Shown here piece after piece: positions 24,001 to 33,900 of a stretch of 64,000 nt of DNA; position 1 is the stretch's first letter; every line of letters starts with the position of its first letter. The translations under genes and the position numbers were made by a program. Location of the stretch: positions 832,001 through 896,000 of the forward strand of contig CAVOVB010000001.1 in NCBI GenBank assembly GCA_963699755.1, given 5' to 3'. Source of the stretch: an uncultured delta proteobacterium. GTDB taxonomy: Bacteria > Myxococcota_A > Polyangia > Polyangiales > Houyiibacteriaceae. The notes under the pieces were generated by a model. It saw nothing but the letters and a program-made list of their open reading frames with translations. It ran no database searches and was not told where the DNA came from.

Positions 24001-24687
24001 GGTGTTGGGGCCGCCCAAGAGCAGCACCTTGTGTCGTAGGGTGTTGCCACGCGTGAGCACCGAGAGATTTTGCATTACGATTGCGTCGGCCAGCGAGCAC
24101 ATGATCTCGTCGGATGGGATGCCTGTCTTCACGAGATTTACGATGTCGGTTTCGGCGAAGACGCCGCACTTGGCTGCAACATGATGCAAGTGCGTGTCGT
24201 CGAAATGCAAGTTCAGCGTCTCTTCGGACGGCATGCCTACTTTGATCAGGCACTTGTCGATCGTTGCACCGGTGCCCGAGGCACACTTGTCGTTCATCGA
24301 GGCGATCGCGGACTTGTCTCCTGTCCGCTCGTTCTCTTTGAAGACGATGATCTTGGCATCCTGGCCACCGAGCTCTACGACGGAGCCGGCGTCGGGGTGG
24401 AGCGTCTCCACCGCCAATGTGACCGAGTTCACCTCTTGAACGAACTTGGCGCCGAGCGGGGCCTCGAGCGGCTTGGCGCCCGAGCCGGTGATGAAAGCTC
24501 GGACGTCATCGCAGCCGAGCTCGGCGAGGATCTCCCCGATGCGCACCATGAAATTGAGAACGCACTCCGCCTGCTTGGTGTGGTGACGCTGGTAGTCACT
24601 CCAGATGATTTCTTTGGTCTCCGGGTCGACCACGACCGCTTTCACGGTGGTGGACCCCACGTCTAAACCGATTATCACTCGCTGCAT
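21094..24687 (-). CDS. Tandem BcrAD/BadFG ATPase (CoA-enzyme activase) with DUF2229-like domain (PlsA-like)
   Basis: Two ASKHA modules (GLDVGSTTVK / ELGGQDAK / NDKCASGTG and GLDGGSTSSK / DIGGQDIK / NQCSAGNG), CHFCANNC, then CYPSK, CPIV, SFKCGHD. Confidence 0.9.
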   Translation of the reverse strand: MQRVIIGLDVGSTTVKAVVVDPETKEIIWSDYQRHHTKQAECVLNFMVRIGEILAELGCDDVRAFITGSGAKPLEAPLGAKFVQEVNSVTLAVETLHPDAGSVVELGGQDAKIIVFKENERTGDKSAIASMNDKCASGTGATIDKCLIKVGMPSEETLNLHFDDTHLHHVAAKCGVFAETDIVNLVKTGIPSDEIMCSLADAIVMQNLSVLTRGNTLRHKVLLLGGPNTFLPFLQECWRKRIPETWDERGYDYPKDVPIEELIPVPENAALYAAYGAVMYGMHEPADVGVYSGLDGLRRYITEGRKERLGEAAGPPLARDEKELEEFLGAYHVPMFIEPEVTGKKVRAVIGLDGGSTSSKAVLLSEDGEVLMKAYTLSKGNPIQDSKELLGELRGRMSAKGAELEVLGFGATGYAADVLEECVRADVNIVETVAHMMSATHYFGDVDVICDIGGQDIKVLFMENGDIKTFKLSNQCSAGNGMLLQAMADQFGLPVTEYAETAFQAELAPRFSYGCAVFLDTDRVNFQKEGFSKEELLAGLAQVLPKNVWQYVVGVPRMAALGRKFVLQGGTQYNLAAVKAQVDYIRERVPNAEVFVHPHSGEAGAIGAAMETLRVVKRRGSSRFIGLDAAIDLEYTTTNDETTTCHFCANNCSRTFIDAFRPDGSTSRYISGFSCEKGMVESKVAMEEIVKERRQIMRDFPNLVSYEGLKAFKRVPGVEPMPEAGSTIEDVKVERKFFGAIERTKYRRGFQRSSSQAAEKRAHWRVGIPRVLNMYSTAPFFRTYFEVLGVRPKNIVFSEPSSEEMFAEGGKYGSVDPCYPSKVAQAHFHQLFFHRHEATPLDAIFFPILTHVPSFVTGAVDYASCPIVAGTPDVMKAAFTKEQDYFANRGIEYLAPAFSFAEPTLLKRDMFEAFEKVLGMTEDESDFATEQALAALERFDADIQAKGKAILEQVEYDNKIAILVLGRPYHNDPGLHHGIPDEFQVLGYPILSIRSIPKDPDWLRRFYGEDEDVLSVNDVWPENYSANSAQKVWAAKFASRHPNVAILDLSSFKCGHDAPTYGILDSIVAKSGVPCSSLHDIDANKPGGSIKIRVKTYAHSLKLREEHLEDVASRKAELRRRIDEKRLELLRMKQEQLAAHRRADLGLEREIQELAEKVNQYRVDLLNSEEDVVSGAAVSAGLIRLGRKTKDGKLVRV

Positions 24688-24836
24688 CAGAACGGCGGCG
24701 TCCTTCCCTCGTCAGGTGGCAGAGATAAACACAAGGTTCCTGGAAAGTCACGCGGCTTGCCTTGCAAATCAGGTACGTCGACGTCACACCTCGTACTTCG
24801 GCAGGCGAGATCGTCTAGGCCGCTCTGGAGGACTGG

Positions 24837-26024
24837 ATGGGCAAAGTGTTGATCATTGGCGCAGGGGGTGTCGGCGGCGTCGTCACGCACAAATGCGCAG
24901 ACGACCGCGAGACGTTTTCCGAGATCGTGCTCGCGAGCAGGACGCTGTCGCGATGCGAGAAGATCCAGACGCAAGTGCGAGAGCTTCGCGGCCGTGAAAT
25001 CGAGATTGCCCAAGTCGATGCCGATGACGTCGCACAGACGGTGGCCTTGATCAAACGAGTCGAGCCAGACCTGCTGATCAACGTCGCCCTTCCCTACCAG
25101 GACCTGCCCCTGATGGACGCCTGCCTCGAAGCCGGGGTCGACTATCTGGACACGGCCAACTACGAGCCGCCAGACGAGGCGAAGTTCGAATACAAGTGGC
25201 AATGGGCCTACCAGCACCGATTCGAATCGGCTGGAATCATGGCCCTGTTGGGCTCGGGTTTCGACCCTGGGGTGACCAACATCTTCTGCGCCTACGCTCA
25301 AAAGAACCTCTTCGACGAGATCGACTACATCGACATCCTGGACTGCAATGGCGGCGACCACGGCCGCCCGTTCGCCACCAACTTCAACCCGGAGATCAAC
25401 ATCCGCGAGATCACCCAACGGGGTCGCTACTGGGAGAACGGGGAATGGGTGGAAATCGAACCGATGTCTGAGTCTCGAATGTTCGACTTCCCGGCGGTGG
25501 GCGAGCGCAAGGCGTACCTGCTCTATCACGAAGAGCTCGAGTCCTTGGCGAAGCACATCAACGGCCTCAAGCGCATTCGTTTTTGGATGACCTTTGGGGA
25601 CGAGTACATCACGCACCTGCGTGTGCTGCAGAACGTCGGCATGACCAGCATCAAACCGATCGAGTTCGAGGGGCGCGAGATCGTGCCGATTAAGTTCTTG
25701 AAAGCCCTGCTCCCCGACCCTTCGACCCTCGGCGAAAACTATACGGGCAAAACCAGCATTGGCTGTCTCATCGAAGGTCGGAAGGACGGGAAGCCTCGGA
25801 AGGCTTTCATCTACAACGTCTGCGACCATGCAGAGTCTTGGAAGGAAGTTCGCGCGCAGGCGGTCTCGTACACGACCGGCGTCCCAGCGATGGTCGGCGC
25901 GAAGATGGTTCTGACCAAGAAGTGGCGCCGTAAGGGGGTGTTCAACGTCGAGCAGTTCGACCCGGAGCCGTTTCTCGAGGAGCTCGCCCTACGTGGCCTG
26001 CCCTGGCACGTGAAGGAAATGTAG
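24837..26024 (+). CDS. Carboxy(nor)spermidine dehydrogenase (saccharopine dehydrogenase family)
   Basis: IIGAGGVG, NVALPYQDL, DYLDTANYE, GSGFDPG, FATNFNPEINIREI; overlaps the nspC start. Confidence 0.93.
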   Translation: MGKVLIIGAGGVGGVVTHKCADDRETFSEIVLASRTLSRCEKIQTQVRELRGREIEIAQVDADDVAQTVALIKRVEPDLLINVALPYQDLPLMDACLEAGVDYLDTANYEPPDEAKFEYKWQWAYQHRFESAGIMALLGSGFDPGVTNIFCAYAQKNLFDEIDYIDILDCNGGDHGRPFATNFNPEINIREITQRGRYWENGEWVEIEPMSESRMFDFPAVGERKAYLLYHEELESLAKHINGLKRIRFWMTFGDEYITHLRVLQNVGMTSIKPIEFEGREIVPIKFLKALLPDPSTLGENYTGKTSIGCLIEGRKDGKPRKAFIYNVCDHAESWKEVRAQAVSYTTGVPAMVGAKMVLTKKWRRKGVFNVEQFDPEPFLEELALRGLPWHVKEM

Positions 26025-27175
26025 TGCTCCCCTGCGCGCAGCTCGATCCGAGTCGTGTCGATTCGCCGGCCTTCGTGATTGACCTCGCTTCCTTGGAGCG
26101 GAACCTCGAGCTGCTGGCCCATGCTCGGCGTGCCGCGGATTGCGGCATCCTGCTGGCGCTCAAGGGCTTTGCAGCCTGGTCGACCTTTCCGCTGGTCGCC
26201 AAGTATCTCGACGGCGTCGCGGCGAGCGGCCCCGATGAGGCACGCCTTGGGCACGAGGAGCTCGGCAAGCAGGTTCATACGTATTGTCCAGCTTTCGACG
26301 AAGCCTCGCTGCGCGAAACGATTCGCCATTCCGACCACGTCACCTTCAACTCGCCATCGCAGATCGATCGCTTCCGCTCTGTCATCAAGGAGCACGCCTC
26401 GGATGCGAGCTTCGGGTTGCGCATCAATCCCGAACACTCCGAAGTCGATGTGGCGATCTACGACCCTTGCGCTCCGGGGTCACGACTAGGGACCACGAAG
26501 CACGCCCTGGTGAGAGCCGACCTCCGAGGGATCGACGGCCTACACTTTCATACGCTCTGCGAGCTTGGTGCCGACGCCCTTCAGCGCACCCTCGCTGTGG
26601 TCGAAGATCAGTTCGCTCCATGGCTGGACCATGCGAAATGGGTGAACTTCGGGGGTGGACATCACATCACGAAACCCAACTACGACGTCGGCCTGCTCAT
26701 CGACTTGATCCGGGAGTTCAAGCGTGAGCACCGGGTCGACGTCTTCCTCGAGCCGGGCGAAGCGATCGGGCTCAACGCGGGCGTGCTCGTCGCATCGGTG
26801 CTCGACATCGTCGAAAACGATGGGCCGATCGCGATCCTCGACACCTCGGCGACGGCGCACATGCCCGATGTGCTCGAGATGCCGTATCGCCCCCTCATAC
26901 GAAACGCCGCGGAGCCTGGGAGGCTCCCATACGACTACCGGCTCGGCGGTCTGAGCTGTCTCGCGGGCGACATGATCGGTGAGTACTCCTTTGCCAGGCC
27001 CCTGGAGGTCGGCGACCGGCTGATCTTCGAAGACATGGCTCACTATACGATGGTCAAGACGACGACCTTCAACGGGGTCCGGCTGCCATCGATCGCGCTG
27101 TACGACCCGAGGAATGACTCGTACCGCGTCCAGCGCCGCTTTGGGTACGAGGACTATCGAAACCGGTTGTCCTGA
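26024..27175 (+). CDS. nspC: Carboxy(nor)spermidine decarboxylase
   Basis: LLALKGF (PLP Lys), GLRINPE, YDPCAPGSRLG, GLHFHTLCE, GGGHHIT, EPGEA, HMPDVLEMPY, CLAGD, HYTMVKTTTFNG. Confidence 0.95.
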   Translation: MLPCAQLDPSRVDSPAFVIDLASLERNLELLAHARRAADCGILLALKGFAAWSTFPLVAKYLDGVAASGPDEARLGHEELGKQVHTYCPAFDEASLRETIRHSDHVTFNSPSQIDRFRSVIKEHASDASFGLRINPEHSEVDVAIYDPCAPGSRLGTTKHALVRADLRGIDGLHFHTLCELGADALQRTLAVVEDQFAPWLDHAKWVNFGGGHHITKPNYDVGLLIDLIREFKREHRVDVFLEPGEAIGLNAGVLVASVLDIVENDGPIAILDTSATAHMPDVLEMPYRPLIRNAAEPGRLPYDYRLGGLSCLAGDMIGEYSFARPLEVGDRLIFEDMAHYTMVKTTTFNGVRLPSIALYDPRNDSYRVQRRFGYEDYRNRLS

Positions 27176-27212
27176 GGCTTGAACTTCGATCCAAAGCGGT
27201 AAGACTCGCGTG

Positions 27213-27725
27213 ATGGGGGACTTCTCGGATTTCACTACGTACGCCAAGGAAACCGGCGCGCGCCTCAGCGACCAACCGCTTCTCTTCGAGACGACGAAAC
27301 GGCTCGACGTCACGCAGCAGGAGCTCTTCGACTACGTGACCGACTTCGATCGGTCGAGCGAGTGGATCATCGGCGCCAAGAAGAGTTGGACGGACAATAG
27401 CGAGGCCGAAGCACCGGGTGAAATCGGGGCGGTTCGCGTCATCAAGAGCGGAGGCCCAACCCCGGTTCTGGAGCGGGTGAAGGCTTACGAGGCGCCACGC
27501 ATGCTCGCGTACTCTGCAAATGACGAGGCGTTCATGGGGCTCTGCTCCGACCATCTTGGTGTGATGACCTGCGAGCCACATCCCGACGGCGGCACGGTGA
27601 TTTGCTGGCTTGCCTATGGGCGGCTGGCGAGCAATCCGATCAAGGCCTGGGCGGGGAAGAAGCTGCTCCAAGTCGCGCTCCTCGGAGGCATGAAGAACCT
27701 GGCACGAAAGTTTTCGCCTCGTTGA
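27213..27725 (+). CDS. SRPBCC (START-like) family protein
   Basis: ELFDYVTDFDRSSEW, GEIGAVR and a C-terminal amphipathic helix. Confidence 0.75.
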   Translation: MGDFSDFTTYAKETGARLSDQPLLFETTKRLDVTQQELFDYVTDFDRSSEWIIGAKKSWTDNSEAEAPGEIGAVRVIKSGGPTPVLERVKAYEAPRMLAYSANDEAFMGLCSDHLGVMTCEPHPDGGTVICWLAYGRLASNPIKAWAGKKLLQVALLGGMKNLARKFSPR

Positions 27726-27729
27726 GCGC

Positions 27730-30700
27730 ATGGAGCTCATCCGCAGCAACCGCACCGAGAACCTAGCGGACGCGCTCGCGTCGCGAATCCGCGAAAGCCC
27801 TCTCGGTCCCTTTGAACGCGAAGTGATCGTCGTCCAGAGCCGGGGCATGGAGCGCTGGCTCACGCTTGCGCTCGCCGAGCGGCTCGGCATTTGGAGCAAT
27901 CCGTCTTTTCCATTCCCGCGCGCGGTGATCGAACAGGTTCTCTCTGGCCTTTCGCTCGGCGCCTCGGATGAAGCAAGAGCCTACGAACCGGACCGTTTGA
28001 AGTGGACGATCGCCGAGCTGCTACGCGAATCAGCGCCTGCGAAGCTCAATGCCTTTCTGGGCGAGCCCCGGGATGCCGATCGGGTGCTTCGGCTGGCCAC
28101 GAGCGTCTCGGTCGCATTCGACGACTATGTCGTGTACCGACCGCAGCTCTTGGCACGCTGGGCCAAGGGGGACGATGGCCGTGAGGATTGGCAGCCCGAG
28201 CTCTGGCGTCGGGTGGTAGAACGACTGGGCCCGAATGATCTCGCGTCGCGAGTTGCTCAGGCGCTCACGGCTCTCCGCTCCGGACAGGCGAGCGGCGCGA
28301 CCGATGTCAAGCGCCTCAACCTCTTTTCACTCGAGACTCTGCCCCCTTTGTTCCTGGAGCTATTCAGCCTGCTGTCGAAGTCCGTTCCAACCACCTTCTA
28401 CCTGCTCGAGCCTTCGTCGGAGTACGTCTCGGATCTCGACCCGGCGCCGCGGCTCTCAGCAGAAGTGGGTGACAGTGCGACCGACGGCCACCCGCTCCTT
28501 GCGAGCCTCGGTCGCCTCGCTCGCGACTTCCAACAGATTCTCCTCGAGGTGGACCATGCGGTTCACCTCGAGGCCGATCGATTCGAAGCCCCTAGGCGGA
28601 CGAGCCTCCTCAACTCGCTGCAAGCCGACATCCTGGAGTTCCGAAGCCCCGCCGAAGAGGGCGCGCGGCAGGAGATCGAGGCGTCCGATGTTTCGATCGC
28701 GCTCCATGCCTGCACTGGGCCGATGCGCGAGGTCCAGGTGCTTTACGAGCTGATCCGCGCGGCGCTCGAAGACGACGCGACGCTGCGTCCCGAAGACATC
28801 GTGGTGATGACACCGGACCTCGAGGCCTATGCGTCTGCCTTTCGCGCTGTCTTCGCCGAGGACGATCGGCGCCCGATACCCTATGAGGTGCACGACCGGA
28901 AGACGCGCGATGACGCTTCGTTTTACGACGACTTTCTCGCCGTGCTCGATGTTCTCGATTCACGCTTTTCCGTGCTGGATCTGGTCCCGCTCATGGATGC
29001 CCACTCGCTTCGGGAAGAGTTCCGATTCACGCAGGACCAACGTGCGCGGCTCGCCGAGCTGCTCGCAGCGGCCGGGGTTCGCTGGGGAATCGATGCACAG
29101 CACCGTGCCGAGCTCGAGTTTCCCACCGAGCCGCTGCACACCTGGCGCGCGGGTCTTGGCCGACTCTTTCTCGGCTTTGCATTGCCACCAGAGGCGACCG
29201 GCGTGTTCCAAGGTTCCTTGCCTCGAGGTGCACCGAGCCTGAGTGACGCGGAGCTCGTGGCGCGCCTGGCCCGGCTCTGTGAGCTGCTGTTCGAGCTCCA
29301 GCGCCGCAGTCGGGGGGCGCTCGACGTCGATTCTTGGGTCCGAGAGCTCCAGCGGCTTTGCTCGTCTCTCTTCGCGGAGAACGACGAAAGCAGCGGGGGC
29401 CTGAGAGTCCTCCGCTCTGCGCTCGGGGACCTCGGGTTGATCGCCAGCGCCGGTGGCTATCGCGGTCTGATCACGTTGAAGACGCTGCGACGCGAGCTCG
29501 GAGCCTTGCTGGTTCAGCGAGCGCCAGCCGTCGGCTTCCTTCGTAGGGGGGTGACGCTCACCGAGCTCGTCCCGCTTCGCTCGGTTCCGTTTCGCGTGGT
29601 CTGCCTGCTCGGAATGAGTGAGGACGTTTTTCCCCGTGCGGACAAGCGCCCAAGCTTCGACGCGCTGGTTTCCGATCACAAGCCCGGGGACCGAAACAGA
29701 AGAGACGACGACCGTCATTCGTTCCTCCAAGCGATCCTCTGCGCGCGAGACCGGCTCATCATCACGTACAGCGCGCTAGCTTCGGGCCCGAGAAGCGTCG
29801 CCAACCCATCACCTGCGGTCTGGGAGCTCCGAGAAGCCGTGCGCCAGTACTATGTTCTGCCGGGGAATGAGCCGGTGCTCGAGGCGACGGCGCATCCGCT
29901 GCATCCCTTCGACCATCGATACTTCGAAGAGGGCTCGCTGCCTCGAAGCACGTCGCAGCGCTATCTCGAGATCGCTCGTTCGCTCGGGGAGCCAAGGCTG
30001 GAGCCGACCCGCGTCGAGCTCAGAGGCGAACCTGAAACGGAGGAGCAATCCCTCTCGGTCGGCGAGCTTGCCGCCTGGCTGTGGAACCCCACCTCGGCCT
30101 TCATCGAAAGGGTGCTTCAGGCCCGCTTTGCCGCGTCGGCGCTCTACGAACCCGCGAGTGGCCTGACCGAGCTTGGTCGCTACGCTGCCGCCAGGGTCGG
30201 CAACGAAGCGCTGCAAGGCGGTCTTCGCGGCGAAGCACTCGACGCTTACCTCGGCGCTTCCCCCGACTTCCCGGATGGGACATGGGGTGCTCTGGAGAGG
30301 CAACGGATCGGAAGGGAGATCCGGGTCATCGAGAGCCGCAAGGCGATGCTCGAGCCTGCCGAACCAGCTCAGTCGGAGCTCGTCAGCGCCGAGGTGGCCG
30401 GCTTGACTCTCGAAGCGCGGCTCGACGGCCTGTACCCGGAGCAGCGCATCCTCGAGCGCTTCACGAACCCGGGTTCGCGAAGCGAGCTGACTGTCTGGCT
30501 GGAGCACCTGATCCTACAGACCAAGGGCGCACAGCAGAGCACCACGCAGCTGGTTCTCCGAGGAACGGAAACCAGGGCGAGCCTCATCTCTTTCAAACCC
30601 GTTTCCGATGCGCATGCTCAGCTCGAGGTCTTGATCGACCTCTATCGCGCCTCGCGCGAGGCGCCGCTGCCCCTGCTCGAGAAAGCATCGAGGCTGTTCG

Positions 30701-30903
30701 TCGAGAAGCTCTTGGAGAGCGGCTCGGTCAAGGCTTTTTCGACGGCGCAGAAGGAGCTCCAGATGCAGCGCAGATGGGACCCATACCTCCGGTACGTGTT
30801 CGGGCAAGAAGACCCTTTCGATGACGCCGCTTGGCGCGAGGCCTTCGAAGCCGCTGCGATCCAGCTCTATGAGCCGCTTTTCAAGCATCGGAGCGAAGAA
30901 TGA
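27730..30903 (+). CDS. recC: Exodeoxyribonuclease V gamma subunit
   Basis: SNRTENL, VVQSRGMERWL, REVQVL, DIVVMTPD, GVRWGID, RSVPFRVVCLLGM; first gene of the recC-B-D order. Confidence 0.95.
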   Translation: MELIRSNRTENLADALASRIRESPLGPFEREVIVVQSRGMERWLTLALAERLGIWSNPSFPFPRAVIEQVLSGLSLGASDEARAYEPDRLKWTIAELLRESAPAKLNAFLGEPRDADRVLRLATSVSVAFDDYVVYRPQLLARWAKGDDGREDWQPELWRRVVERLGPNDLASRVAQALTALRSGQASGATDVKRLNLFSLETLPPLFLELFSLLSKSVPTTFYLLEPSSEYVSDLDPAPRLSAEVGDSATDGHPLLASLGRLARDFQQILLEVDHAVHLEADRFEAPRRTSLLNSLQADILEFRSPAEEGARQEIEASDVSIALHACTGPMREVQVLYELIRAALEDDATLRPEDIVVMTPDLEAYASAFRAVFAEDDRRPIPYEVHDRKTRDDASFYDDFLAVLDVLDSRFSVLDLVPLMDAHSLREEFRFTQDQRARLAELLAAAGVRWGIDAQHRAELEFPTEPLHTWRAGLGRLFLGFALPPEATGVFQGSLPRGAPSLSDAELVARLARLCELLFELQRRSRGALDVDSWVRELQRLCSSLFAENDESSGGLRVLRSALGDLGLIASAGGYRGLITLKTLRRELGALLVQRAPAVGFLRRGVTLTELVPLRSVPFRVVCLLGMSEDVFPRADKRPSFDALVSDHKPGDRNRRDDDRHSFLQAILCARDRLIITYSALASGPRSVANPSPAVWELREAVRQYYVLPGNEPVLEATAHPLHPFDHRYFEEGSLPRSTSQRYLEIARSLGEPRLEPTRVELRGEPETEEQSLSVGELAAWLWNPTSAFIERVLQARFAASALYEPASGLTELGRYAAARVGNEALQGGLRGEALDAYLGASPDFPDGTWGALERQRIGREIRVIESRKAMLEPAEPAQSELVSAEVAGLTLEARLDGLYPEQRILERFTNPGSRSELTVWLEHLILQTKGAQQSTTQLVLRGTETRASLISFKPVSDAHAQLEVLIDLYRASREAPLPLLEKASRLFVEKLLESGSVKAFSTAQKELQMQRRWDPYLRYVFGQEDPFDDAAWREAFEAAAIQLYEPLFKHRSEE

Positions 30904-33900
30904 ACGCCGTTTCGCCTGAGCTGATCTCGCTCGATGCGCCAGCGCTGGTCGAAGCCAGCGCCGGGACTGGGAAGACCTACACGATCACGACGTACTTCGT
31001 TCGCGGGATTTTGGAAGATGATCTCAATCCCGAGCAGATCCTGGTCCTGACCTACACGAAGGCCGCCACGGCGGAGCTTCGGGCACGCGCGAGAGAAAGA
31101 ATCGTGGCGACCATCGGCTTGCTCGACGCAGAGCCGGGCAACGCCGACGTGCTTCAGGGCGTCGTCGACGCGGCGGTGGAGCGACTGGGCCGAAGGCAGG
31201 TGGAGACGACGTTGAGAACGGCGCTTGGCGAGATGGATCGTGCGGCGATTCTGACGATTCATGGGTTCTGCCAGCGGCTCCTTCAAGACTATCCGCTCGA
31301 GCTCGGCGTGGACTTCGATTTCGAGGTCTCTGAGGACACGGCGTCGATCCACTCCGAGCTCGCGGTCGACTTTTGGACCAAGGAGCTCTACCAGGCGCCC
31401 GACTGGCTGCTGCGCGCTCTGGAAAAGGAGACGATCAACGTTCGACGTCTAACGCAGCTGGCGAACCTTGCCCGCTTGCCCAAGGCCGAGATCCTCGGGC
31501 CGGCGCCGAGCGAGGTCGACGAAGAGGCGCTGAAGCTCTGGCTACAGTACAGACGGGAGGCTGCTGAGCTCTGGAGAGCGCATCGAGACGAGGTGCTCGA
31601 GATCTTGCTGAACGACCAGGGCCTCGATCGTCGGCATTACCAGAGGCGCAGCGTCACGAATAGGTGGCGCCTCGAGCTCGACGACTTCTTCACCAAGACG
31701 CGCTTCCGATTCCCGCCAAGCTTCATCGACAGGCTGGCGCAGGGCAGCATGCGAACGAAGAACTCAAGCAAGGAGCCCGAGCACGACTTCTTCAAGGCGT
31801 GCGCCAGGTTCTGGAGCGTTCACGAACCAATGATTCCGGGGCTCGAGTTCGCGGCGTTTGCTTTCCAAAAACGCTTCATCGAGTTCGTGAGGCAGCAGAC
31901 CCGCAAGCGTCGAAGCGACCGGGCGGTATTCACCTACGACGACCTACTCGACACCGTGTACGCGCCTTTTGACTCTTCTCGTTCGCACGAGGCCTCTTTC
32001 GACCCTGACGCGATCGCCACCACCGTGGCGAAGGCGTACCCCTTGGTCCTGGTCGACGAGTTTCAAGACACCGATTCGGTGCAGTACGGGATTTTCCGCG
32101 CGATCTACGGTGAGGGGTCTGCCGTCTACGTGGGGGACCCAAAGCAAGCGATCTACGCGTTTCGTGGCGCCGATGTGTTCTCGTACCTCGGAGCCGCGGA
32201 GGACGTCGGGGAGCGCCGCTACAGCCTCAGCACGAACTGGCGCTCTGACCCCGGCATCGTACACGCCGTCAACAGCTTGTTCTCTCGTCGGAATCCGCCG
32301 TTCGTACTCGACGGGATTCGGATGGAACCAACCTTGCCGCACTACCAAGAGCGCCGCTCGACCTTCGACCCTGCGATGGAGATCGTCTTCTTGGACCAAG
32401 CGCTACTGAGCGGATCGACCGCCGACGCGATCGCTCCCATCGTCGCCAACGAAATAGGCCTTCTGCTCGACTCGAAAGAAGAAATCGAGAGTCGATCCAT
32501 CGAACCCGATCATGTCGCGGTCCTTTGCCGCAGCAACGTCCAGACGCTTGCTGTGACAGCTGCGCTCAGGGAGCTGGGCATTCCGGTATCGCTCGATGGC
32601 GGCTCGAGCGTACTGAGCACCGAGATCGCCTCGGACCTCAGCACGGTGCTCGAAGCGGCTCTGATGCCGGGTGACGCCTCCCTGGTGCGTCGCGCCCTTC
32701 TCACTCCGCTCCTCGGCGTGTCGCCCCAGGCGCTTTCGACCATGAGCGATGTGCTCTGGTCGGAATGGATGTCTCGCTTCGGGCAATGGAGTGAGACTTG
32801 GGAAAGTCAGGGGGTGTTGCGCTTCATCGAGGACATGCTCCGCAGCACCGGGATGGAGGCGACCATCGCGAGGCAGCCCCTGGCGAGGCGTAGGCTCACC
32901 GACCTCCTGCACGTGGAGGAGCTCCTGTTGCGTGGCGAGCGCGAACGAGGTCGCGACCCGGTGGCGCTCATGCAGTGGCTTCGCCGCCTGCGCGAAGACG
33001 GCGGGGGCAACGGCGGCATCGCTAGCGACGAGCTGCAGCAGCGTCCGGATGCAGAATCAGGAGCGGTCCGGGTTTCGACCATTCACAAGAGCAAGGGTCT
33101 CGAATACCCGATCGTCTATTGCCCGTTCACGACCAACGACGCCACGCTCCGCGGCTTCGATTACAGCGCCGTGAAGTTCCATGATGAGCAACACAACCTG
33201 ACGGTCGACTTAGGCTCGGAGAACGCGGACGCACACAAGCGGAGAAGCGAAGAGGAGGCGCGCTCCGAGGCGCTACGTCTTCTCTACGTCGCGGTGACCC
33301 GAGCAAAGTATCGCTGCACTCTCTTTTGGGGTCCAGCTCACAACTGGAAGAAGTCTGCGCTGGCGTACCTGCTTCACGGCAGCGAAGGCCTCGACGAGAT
33401 GACGCAAGGAGACATGGAGGCAGACGTCCAGACTTTCGCGAGCGAGACAGGCGGCGCCGTGGGCTGGCGCTTCCCGCACGAGGAAAGAGCAAAACCGCGC
33501 GAACGCTTGGTAGGGCGCCAGAGTCTGTCAGCGCGCGAGCAAACTCGCTTCTTCATGCACGCGCCGCGGATCGCGAGCTTCACGAGTCTCACGGGGCAAC
33601 ACGAGAAGACGCCGAGCCCGATGGAAGCCGAGTCCCTGGTCGATGAAGCGCCAGCGCTCTTTTCAGACTTGTCAGGAGGTGTGCGTACCGGCCTTCTTCT
33701 CCATTCGATCCTCGAGCATCTGAGCTTCGCCGAGCTCGATACCGACGAAACCAAGCAATTGATCGAGCGCGAGCTTCACGGCTTCGGCTTCGACCCCTCG
33801 CTCGCGGCGTCGATTCAGGGTGACCTCCAGTTGGTAGGCTCGACACCGTTCAGCAGCAAGGCGGATGCACCTAGGCTGATCGACCTGCCGGGCGATAAGC

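Noticed and set aside
24688..24836. Riboswitch or ncRNA in the activase/CASDH divergent spacer
   Set aside because: No recognisable aptamer consensus or terminator by eye; an Infernal/Rfam scan would be needed.
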